This document shows positions 55,340-64,000 of a stretch of 64,000 nt of DNA, piece after piece. The DNA is from Andalucia godoyi And28 (lineage: Eukaryota; Protista; Jakobida): positions 44,407 through 108,406 of the forward strand of contig VRVR01000004.1 in the NCBI GenBank assembly GCA_009859145.1, read 5' to 3'. A program made the position numbers and the translations under genes. Numbering within the stretch: the first letter of the stretch is position 1; every line of letters starts with the position of its first letter. The notes below the pieces were generated by a model that did not search any database, had not been told where the DNA came from, and saw nothing but the letters and a program-made list of their open reading frames with translations.

Positions 55340-55985
55340 ATGAATGAAAAGGTTTTAAGAAAACAGCAGGCTACGTCTCTGTCACACACGGTTACGCAAA
55401 TCTCCCATTCTTCACGAGCAATGTTTTCAACATAAAATTATTACCAGAAACCGAACAAAGCTTCTCGAGCCAGAGCTTGTCGACAGCAGCGGAAAGACAC
55501 CACCAAGCACGGCAGCTCCACGCAATATCAGTCAAAGAGCGTCTTCAAAACAAACGAATATAAGGTACGCGTATCATTCCACCCACCGTGCTGACTGTAA
55601 AAACAGTCCTTTTAAAGGTCATATCATCTGCTTGAGGCGCAGCCTGCGAAACAAGTGTTCGGAGCATGGTTTGGGTTGAGGATAGTACCGAGTTTTCCAA
55701 AAATCCAAAACGGGATTCGCTTTCGGCAGGTTTCCGAGTCTCGCAGAGTTTCCTAGCGTATTCTACTTGTCAGGCATTTTCACCGCAAAGCTGCGAGTTT
55801 GTGGCGTGACGTTGTGCGTTCGTGAAGATTCCCCGTGCTTTCCTTTCACCACCCCGGGATATTCGAGTGCACTGGAGGAAAACCTCGTTGTTCATCATTA
55901 CATTCGTCAACAAATATAATCGCTGTGCACCCCACCCCTCCTACCCACATCACAGAACACACATATAACTGAAGAAGAAAAGAAA

Positions 55986-58814
55986 ATGCTGAAAAAGTTC
56001 AAAGATGAGCCGTCGCTCATTGGACGTCTTCATTGCTCGCTTGGTTGTCGAAAAGGATGCAAGCATGAATCGCATGCGCATACGATAGGCGAAGTTGCAG
56101 TCAAGGGGCTCAATTCCAACCTTGTGTGCGACGAAATTGTAGCTACTCAGCGGCCGTCTGAGCGACTGATCAAGGAATTCAAAATCACAGAGCAGTTCAA
56201 CCATCTCGGAATCTCTGCAATCATCAATTTGCAACAACCTGGCGAGCATCCGTTTTGTGGAGATGGCATCTTGCTTGAATCTGGCTTTTCCTACCGGCCA
56301 GAATCATTCATGGACAAAGGGATCCACTATTACAACTTTCCGTGGCACGATATGGGTGTGCCGAACCTGTCTCTTGTTGTGCAGATCGTGCAGTGCATCC
56401 GTGGAGTGACCCAAAAGGGGAAAAAAGTAGCAATTCACTGCCATGCAGGTCTGGGACGAACAGGTCTTGTCATCGCGTGCTATTTGGTCTACGCGAAGAA
56501 CATGGATCCACAAGAAGCTATCTTGTCCGTGAGAAGGGACCGACCAAAGGCGTTGCAGACGAGAGGCCAGGTTCGTTTCGTCTACTTGTTTGCGGCACAT
56601 CTGCGGAGGCTGCGAAGAGTGTTTGTGGTGACGCTTCCAGAGCTGGTGCTTTCGAAGCCAGGGGTTGTTGCAATGTTGCAAAGGCCACGGCTTTTGGAAC
56701 TCACCGAGAACCAAGCCGTGTATGTTCCTGGCTCAGAATGGAGAAGTCTCCTATGGACTCCGAAACCCATTCATGAAGTTGTGACTATGTTGTGCTATCT
56801 GGTAGAAAGTTATCCTCTACGATTTGCTGCTGATGACGCGCTGCAAGAATTCTGCGATGAGATCTCACTGTTCCGCGTCGACACCCTTGCCGAAATATTC
56901 AAGGAAAACATCAACGATGATGATTGGTCTCGTTTTTATGATGATTCTGCCATGCATCCTCGAATTCTGGGGCGGCTTTTCGCTGATTTCTTCTTGCAGC
57001 TGGAGTCTCCCGTTCTGGAACAAAAGGAAATGGTTCGCGCATTTCAGGATTTGCGAGCCTCTGATTTTTCGTCTGCAAAGGAAGAAGAGAGCGATAGATC
57101 GGAGGTCTTTGAAGATGCCCTGCAGATTTTGTTTCCTCGTCAGGTCCGTCATATGATACGTTGCATATCGCGGTTATGTTGCTTTCAGCATCTGTCGATA
57201 GGAGTCATCAGCATGTTTGCCGGTAATATTGCAAACCTGTTTCTGCGCCAGGGGCCATCGCACTTGCAGTTCCAAACTCATCTTTCCATGCTCCTGGATT
57301 CGTCTCGGAAGATGCGCTCTGGCCCGTCTGAAAGTGAGTTGAAAGAAAGAGTCGTGTCGGGCGTCGTTGAAGAGAATAAGCAGACCCGCGGACCTGAGTT
57401 CGGAGGTCGGGAAATCCGTTCAAGTGCATCGGGCTCGTTTTCGGATCTTGATAGCATCGCCAGTGCTGCAGCAAATCTCGATGGTGTTGCCCCAATGCTT
57501 TCACGGCATGGTTTGCAACATCCCGACCGGAACGTAGCGTTGTACGCCACAGTTCGTCGCCGGTCTCAAGACAGAAAGCGCGTTTCCGTCTCTGAAGCGT
57601 CATTCCCGAGAATACCTGCCTCTCATTCAGAGCCTTTTATCCCAGTCGTAATGCAGAGTCCTGAAGCCCGTTCCTTCTCCGAGCATTCTGGAAAAGACGA
57701 TTCTGATGTTCGAGCTGCCTCCTGTGTTTGCACGGATCTTTCGGAATTTTTGACTGAGTATTTTTGGGAGCGCCGAGTGTCGTATGTCAGGCAAAATGTG
57801 CATTCCACTGGAACTCCTGCCATCGGAATGGATGTCCCAGTGTTCCTGCCCGAGCAATCACCACTGCCTGACATCACCTCCTCACCATCCTCTGCCGCAG
57901 CCTTTGCGAGCCAAGTTACTGGTACAGGTGTTTTGCCGTTTGTCGATTCTGCAGAGTCCTTCATGGATGGGACTCGTTTGGAAATGGAGAGTGTTCAATA
58001 TAAGAACATGCAGCAAGAGTCGCCCGACGTGTTTGATGTCGTGTCGCCCAATCCCCCTTCTGTGCCTCAAGACAAGTCACAGGCGATGTGGATCGCGGAT
58101 GAATCTGTTTTGCCTGCTGCTTCCCCTGCTGCTCCTGGTATTTCTGCTTCGTCTTCTACTACTACTACTACTACTACTACTTGCTCGCCTTCGTCTCTGA
58201 TGGGCGCAGCGAGGTCTCCGGCAGCTGTGGACGATTCTGAATCCGCGGTGCACCGATCCTTCCATCTCGACATCCAGTCCATCTCTCAAATGTTCTCAGA
58301 TGCTGATGTCAGCCCGCAACCGCGCACCAAACTGCAGCAAGAAGATCCTCTCGAGCCTCTATCACATGAACTTCTAGCACTGATGCGCTCACCGTCTGCA
58401 CGCGCAACTGCTGAGGGCGAAGGAGATGCGTTTGCACAAATGATCATGCTGCGCAACGCACAAGTTCCCGAGGACATTGAGAGAAAAGAGCAGTTTGAAC
58501 GCGAACGTCCTGGCTCGGCCTCTGCACAGATTCGGGGCCACCAGCAGGAAGAGCGGGAAAAGGCAGCGCTTCGTACTTCCTCCGATTTCAAGCACACAGA
58601 TGTTGGAATTTGCATTTGGGATGCAGACGTTGGAGACGAGACAGAGGAAATTCTGCAGGAAGATCCGTCCGATTCTCTGCTCGACAATGACAGTGCCTGG
58701 AGTCCATCCTCGCACGCTGCAGATGCCCCTGGCCTTCAGGACCCACCTGCTTCTCCTCATCCTCCAGTGATATCAACTGCCACTGCTTCAGGAGACGCCC
58801 TGATGCATCAGTAA
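55986..58814 (+). CDS. PTPDC1: Protein tyrosine phosphatase domain-containing 1 (ciliary dual-specificity phosphatase)
   Basis: CGGRKCKHE-like start (GCRKGCKHE), QRPSERLI, IINLQQPGEHPFCG, HCHAGLGRTG (CX5R) and RPKALQTRGQ. Confidence 0.88.
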   Translation: MLKKFKDEPSLIGRLHCSLGCRKGCKHESHAHTIGEVAVKGLNSNLVCDEIVATQRPSERLIKEFKITEQFNHLGISAIINLQQPGEHPFCGDGILLESGFSYRPESFMDKGIHYYNFPWHDMGVPNLSLVVQIVQCIRGVTQKGKKVAIHCHAGLGRTGLVIACYLVYAKNMDPQEAILSVRRDRPKALQTRGQVRFVYLFAAHLRRLRRVFVVTLPELVLSKPGVVAMLQRPRLLELTENQAVYVPGSEWRSLLWTPKPIHEVVTMLCYLVESYPLRFAADDALQEFCDEISLFRVDTLAEIFKENINDDDWSRFYDDSAMHPRILGRLFADFFLQLESPVLEQKEMVRAFQDLRASDFSSAKEEESDRSEVFEDALQILFPRQVRHMIRCISRLCCFQHLSIGVISMFAGNIANLFLRQGPSHLQFQTHLSMLLDSSRKMRSGPSESELKERVVSGVVEENKQTRGPEFGGREIRSSASGSFSDLDSIASAAANLDGVAPMLSRHGLQHPDRNVALYATVRRRSQDRKRVSVSEASFPRIPASHSEPFIPVVMQSPEARSFSEHSGKDDSDVRAASCVCTDLSEFLTEYFWERRVSYVRQNVHSTGTPAIGMDVPVFLPEQSPLPDITSSPSSAAAFASQVTGTGVLPFVDSAESFMDGTRLEMESVQYKNMQQESPDVFDVVSPNPPSVPQDKSQAMWIADESVLPAASPAAPGISASSSTTTTTTTTCSPSSLMGAARSPAAVDDSESAVHRSFHLDIQSISQMFSDADVSPQPRTKLQQEDPLEPLSHELLALMRSPSARATAEGEGDAFAQMIMLRNAQVPEDIERKEQFERERPGSASAQIRGHQQEEREKAALRTSSDFKHTDVGICIWDADVGDETEEILQEDPSDSLLDNDSAWSPSSHAADAPGLQDPPASPHPPVISTATASGDALMHQ

Positions 58815-59061
58815 AAATCATGCATACATCCATAATGTCTGGTTCACATTTTACCCATAAACTCTCGCCATAAACACACGTGCGATGGAACACTACAGAA
58901 TCCCCAGAGGCCCGCGACCGTACGGACTTTCCGCTCCTGAGAACTGCCCTCAAAAAGCACTCCTTTTTGCTCCGATTGTTACCTTTGCTTTCTTGTTTTT
59001 TCTTTTTCTTTAAAATTTTTTTAATTCGAGGTTTTTTCGCTCTTTGTGCTACGGAAGTCGA

Positions 59062-61509
59062 ATGGCGTCACTGAACCAGTCCTTTGCACCGTCTTCGTCA
59101 ATCGTCGGTGCCACTCGTGGCTTCCGAGGAAACAATACTGTGTTGGTTTCTGTTGAAAAGGATGGGTTTCATGTTGTCGACGTATGTTTTTTATTCCTTG
59201 CCTTTTCCTTTTCGCTCTTTTCTTCTTTCGCTCTTTTATTATTATCATTATGATGATGATTTGTTTCTTGTTTTTTGTGGGGGGGTTTTTTTTGGTATTT
59301 TTCATGTTCGTCTTATGTTTTGTTTTCTGTTATTGTTCTGGAATAGTCGTTTCAATTCGTGCCGGTGCTGTCATGGACCATTCGCCCGTCCACAGAAATT
59401 ACGTGTGCTGCAGTTCATGTTCCTCGCGCACATCGAATTGCGGCTGTCATTTCGTCTTCGGTGGTCGTTTCATGGGCAGAGGACGACACTCGTGTCATTG
59501 ACAAGGTTGAAAAGTGCGATCTCTCTTCTCGCGTTCTTGCGATTGTTCCCATACCAGAATCGCCGTGCATTGCTTGTCTTTTGGCACCGAAGCCCAAGGA
59601 TTCGAAATCATTTTTGAAGGTTGCGATTGTCGACGTAAGCGTTTCGCAGACAGGAGTCGTTGGGGTGGTTCGAATTGTGGAGCTCCCTACGCTGCCGTAC
59701 AAGGAGTTCTTCAGCGGAGAGCTTCGTCTTGTTGAAATGCTCGATACCTCCACGCTTCTGATTGCGACAGAGTTGCATATCATTACGGTGAGCCTCAAAG
59801 AAGATTCTGTCGGTGCTGTTGTCTGCCAAGGGACTCAACTTCTTGGAAGTGATTCTGGTGTTAAAAGGGACAAAGGTGCCGAATCGAAAGCATCCGACGT
59901 TGCTCCACAGGCCGCGGCTGCGGATTCGACAAGAAAACGAAAGACCGCGAAGGACAAGAAGCAAAAAGTCGAAGCACCTGCTGCGGTGTCCATCTTGTCC
60001 GTTGCGTGGAATCCTTCTAGCAAGTGCCTTTCCGTATTGTATTCAAATCATCGCTGGATTGTGTTGCATTTGTCGTCGTCTGCCTATGAACTGTTTGAGA
60101 ACGGAGGAGAGTCCATCACACGTATTCTCGAAGCAAAACTGTATTCTCCCAGCGTAACTGGCATTGGCGGCCGTGGGGTGGACAAGGTTGTTTCCGTGTG
60201 GACTAGCCCGCACTTTGTGGCATTTGTCACGCCTCGTCATGCTTCTCTCTGGGATGTGTCTTACGGAGTGCTTCACGATTCGCTCAAGTGGGCCAGAGCT
60301 GACATGTCTGGACTCTTGAATGCGTTCCTTGTTACTCCCGTCAACCAAGGGGATGGGGCGTCGGTGCCTTTTGTGCTGCACGTCTCCACAAGGGCGTTTC
60401 GAAAAATGGAACTGTCCATCCCGGGGGCGGTGACGCTTGCCAGTGTTCTCGGAAAGGGCTTGGATGCACTGGAAGTTTCCCCGGCCGTCGTTGCTTCCTC
60501 GAAGTCGGAGGCTGAGCTCCTGGTCATTCTTTCAAAGAAGAGTACCCACTCAGATCCGCGTGTGCTACATGACATCATCACGGTCTCGCTGGATCGCAGA
60601 TATGGCAAAATTATTGAGTATCTCATCAAGCACCGCTTGATTTCGATGCGCACGTCTCCCCGCCTTTTAGACTACCTTCTATCATTGGACTCCGCTCGAG
60701 GCCGCAAGCTGGCCACGGGGTTTCACGTCTCTCGACGCTATCTTTCCAGAGCATCGGGAACTGATACAGACGGAGATGATGAAGACGATGCAGATTTCGG
60801 AGCGAGCCAGTATTTGACTCGTTTCAACTTGCTGAACTTGTATGCCAGATTCATTGGAGACATGACAGAAGCGCAGCTTGTGCAATGTGTCCGAAGAACC
60901 ATTCAGTCGCTCTTGCAATGCACGTCGGAAACCGTCGAGGCAAGATTCAAGACACTAGATGTGCTCCTCACGAAATGCAAGTTTTCTGTGGATGTCCTGG
61001 CCACTGCTCACGACGGTGCATGTTTGTTAACTGCAGACGAGGTGCGCATTGTTTTTGCAAGAATTTTGAAGCAGCTGCACAAGTACCTCGGTGCAGACAA
61101 GGAAAATTCGGGTGGCGATGCAGATGAATCACAGCCACCGACCCCGATCAGGACCCTGGATGGAAAGGTTCTCGGTGGCACACCGCGACGCTCCACGCAG
61201 GTAATGGATGATCAGGCCGTTGCACAATATGCGGATTGGTGTTGCGTTCTAATGGATACGCATTCTACCGTCATTACACTTCGCTCTGACATGCGGCAGG
61301 CGGCACGTGCTCTCCGAGTATTGACAACCAATTACGTTAACTTTTGCCAACAAGTCGAGCCGCTCATGGGTGCGATTTTGCACATCCAATCCACGATTCC
61401 GCCAACATCCTCCGAGTCGTCGGCATCGCCGTCTGATCCGCATCGCAGACGAGATGCGGTTGTTGAACCACGAATCGACAAGTACGCGGTGGAAGTTCTG
61501 CAGTTCTAG
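59062..61509 (+). CDS. Probable NOL11/Utp8-like SSU processome protein; 2 exons
   Basis: Exon 1 is 59062-59181 (GTATGT donor) and exon 2 is 59347-61509, in frame. SWTIRPSTEITCAAV resembles NOL11 SWSVKQGQIITCPAV. Beta-rich N-half and helical C-half; ends Y-x-x-E-x-L. Confidence 0.5.
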
Positions 61510-61657
61510 ATCGAAAAGCTGCATCCCACGCTTGGATTTGTACATTTTTATTTTCATTTTTTTTTTTTCTTAAAAAAAAAAAAAAAAGAGAAGAGAAGAA
61601 GCCAATAAACAACTGTTAGGGAGCCGAGGCGTGTATCAAGAATCACCAATAAGCCTC

Positions 61658-62950
61658 TTACGCATCACAGAATGTTTGCGAAGAAATGAATCGTCTCACC
61701 ATGTCGAATGCTTTTGATGGTTGGTCGTGTGGAACAAGATGTCCCGAGTCGAGCACAACAAGCTGCGACAGATTGCGAGCATTGCGGAAATATCCAGCAA
61801 TCGATCCGTCAACTTTCCAATAGCACTTCTTCTGCTGATTGAAGTCGTCATGGCCAGGCCACTGCAGAGACCGCAGACCATACTCTGTTCCTGCAACACC
61901 GCAGTTTCCATCATAGTTTCCATTATAGAACAGCATGCGGGTCTCTGCGAGGATCCCCGGAAGCAAAAACGACGCATCTTTCATCTCGTCGTTCTGCAAA
62001 TTGGGCAGTGGAGAACACACCTGCCAATTGATCGATCCGCGGACCCCAAACGATTTTTGAATCGCAGGGTCATTCAGGAACTGCGTAACTGCGTTGAACA
62101 AGCTGCTGTCTGTGAATTGGCTAAGATTGTCTTCATCAATGCCTCCCGAGACGTTGACTGCATAGTTCAAGACATTGTCACAAACCGTGTACGCCTCCAC
62201 CCACTGCTCATTCCTGACCAGCAACTCGCACTTCGCAATCATGTCTTCCATGACCTGCATCTCTACAAAGTCTGCTAGTCCCAGCATCAAGAACTGCTGC
62301 GCATAAACTCGGGTCTGCAACACCGGGAACGTCCATCCGTTTCCGATCATTGCGCCTGCAAAGTCGATGGGATACGTAGACGATTCATTCACGATCTTTG
62401 ATCCAAAATACGGAATCCACTTGCCTCCGTACGACTCTCCGGCAATGAACGTTGATCGCTGGCGCATGTCCGGATACAAGAGATGGAACGATTTGAGCGC
62501 AGAAAACAAGTCCTCCGCAACCGTAAAATCGTCATTTGGAACATCATTTGGATGGACCGCAACTGAGAATCCCGTGCCAATCGGCTGGTCCAAGAGCACC
62601 AGATTCGCCAGATGAATCCACGCATACGGATTATCAACAAGCGAGACGTTTCTGGTTTTCGCATCCGTAACGAGAATCCCAACAAGCCCTTCGACAAATG
62701 CTGCGAGACCCGACGAGCAAAACGGTCCACCTTGCATCCAATAAATCACGGGGGCCCGTGGATCCGGATGACGCACAAAGTAGTAGAAAATCTCAGAAGC
62801 CGTACGTTCTGTTTTCAAGTATCCCGTCTCAACATCGACCGACCCAAGTCTCGATCGAAACGGACCGGATCCCGTCGACCTCATTCCAAGCACACCGCAC
62901 ACACACAACAGCCATAGCATGCAACACAATCCCGCAAACCTCGACCGCAT
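61658..62950 (-). CDS. Serine carboxypeptidase (family S10), secreted
   Basis: Signal peptide; YWMQGGPFCSS, DQPIGTGFS, AGESYGGKWIP, YNGNYD and SGHLVPHDQP. Confidence 0.92.
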   Translation of the reverse strand: MRSRFAGLCCMLWLLCVCGVLGMRSTGSGPFRSRLGSVDVETGYLKTERTASEIFYYFVRHPDPRAPVIYWMQGGPFCSSGLAAFVEGLVGILVTDAKTRNVSLVDNPYAWIHLANLVLLDQPIGTGFSVAVHPNDVPNDDFTVAEDLFSALKSFHLLYPDMRQRSTFIAGESYGGKWIPYFGSKIVNESSTYPIDFAGAMIGNGWTFPVLQTRVYAQQFLMLGLADFVEMQVMEDMIAKCELLVRNEQWVEAYTVCDNVLNYAVNVSGGIDEDNLSQFTDSSLFNAVTQFLNDPAIQKSFGVRGSINWQVCSPLPNLQNDEMKDASFLLPGILAETRMLFYNGNYDGNCGVAGTEYGLRSLQWPGHDDFNQQKKCYWKVDGSIAGYFRNARNLSQLVVLDSGHLVPHDQPSKAFDMVRRFISSQTFCDA

Positions 62951-63188
62951 GATCTTGAAGCCCTGGATGCCGAATGCCAAGGTGAACCACAAGATTAAAG
63001 AAAGTGAAGAATGGAAGGGGGGGAAAAAATGGAGGAAAAAACATCATCATCATCGTCCAACTCATCTAGAACCTGCTAAACTAAGTTAGTACTATGTTGT
63101 GCCCATGTGTAAGTACGCACGTTGATCCGGACGTTTCTGAAGTCCTTTTTCCTCCGTTCTTCACGCAATCCGCACACCGCGCAACTGC

Positions 63189-63782
63189 CTACTCGAGCGA
63201 TTCCGGAAGTGCCGTTCCGCGTTCCAGGTTGGTCCGAATCGGCTCTGCAACATGTCCATACGCACGATCGAGCCTTCCAACGAACTTTTGGTTCGCGGGA
63301 CCGCCGTAGATTTTATTCGCAGCCGCTCTCGCATCTTCCTTGCGCGGGCGTGAAAGCGTGCGTTTCTTTTCGTCCATCGACCTCTGTACTTCCGCAAGTT
63401 TCGCCCCTGCTCCCTTGTCCACCCCTTTATCCACATTCACATCCGCATTCACGAACTGGCCCACGCGACGCTCATACGAAGTATACGCAGCATCTGTGGA
63501 CCGAACCAGTCCTCCCTCCATCTGCAGGCTTGCTCGCTTCTTCTTCTTCCCAGCAAACCGGCTTGCTTCCGCCAATGTGCTGTCCATGTACACTCCTTCC
63601 CGCTCCCTCCCCTCGTTCTCAATGTGATCTCGACTGCGTTTATGCGTCCCATTGCTCATCTGCCTCTGGTCCGCTCCAGCGGCGTAAGAAGAACTATTAC
63701 CGGCGCGCTGTCTCAGTAACGACTCGTTGTCGCTGCGAGTCTTTGCAATTCTTCGTCGAAGGTCATCAAGCTTTTGCGACAT
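63189..63782 (-). CDS. SYF2: Pre-mRNA splicing factor SYF2
   Basis: C-terminal NQKFVGRLDRAYGHVAEPIRTNLERGTAL matches the SYF2 N..FN.KL.R.Y..YT.EI..NLERGTAL motif. Confidence 0.75.
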   Translation of the reverse strand: MSQKLDDLRRRIAKTRSDNESLLRQRAGNSSSYAAGADQRQMSNGTHKRSRDHIENEGREREGVYMDSTLAEASRFAGKKKKRASLQMEGGLVRSTDAAYTSYERRVGQFVNADVNVDKGVDKGAGAKLAEVQRSMDEKKRTLSRPRKEDARAAANKIYGGPANQKFVGRLDRAYGHVAEPIRTNLERGTALPESLE

Positions 63783-63800
63783 TCTTCCCTTACACACACA

Positions 63801-63873
<73 letters not shown>
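63801..63873. repeat. Compound (CT)n(CTGT)n microsatellite upstream of SYF2
   Basis: Read directly. Confidence 0.9.
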
Positions 63874-63874
<1 letters not shown>

Positions 63875-64000
63875 GCGTATCGTGTCTCGTGTCATATGAC
63901 GATGATTTCTTCTATTTCCGGAGCAAGGCATGGCACAGATTCAAGTGATGCTTGAGAGCACTTGCAATAGCGGCACTCCTACAGCGGGTCACGCTTGAGG

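Overview
Gene-dense, intron-poor nuclear DNA from a flagellated protist. A Discoba-like host is inferred from a trypanosomatid-type MetRS. About 30 protein genes are recognisable: housekeeping, ribosome biogenesis (RPL3, NSUN5, UTP18, NOP56, NOL11-like) and flagellar/centrosomal (SF-assemblin, GCP2, KATNIP, CFAP251, PTPDC1). Several have short GT-AG introns that the ORF track splits. Two things are not visible in the ORF track. (1) Seven intergenic, internally deleted elements derive from an IS607-type Fanzor2 (eukaryotic TnpB). They share a CCG|...|GCG junction built on a CG core. Their right end is conserved and folds like an omegaRNA, with a covarying pseudoknot next to a copy-specific flank (putative guide). 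Between them they preserve different pieces of the nuclease, but no autonomous copy is present in the window. (2) A selenoprotein of the Rdx/SelW/MIEN1 type has an in-frame TGA in an unusual vicinal Cys-Sec (EYCUG) motif and a type-II SECIS in its 3' UTR. All family assignments come from motif recognition by eye; no database search was run.
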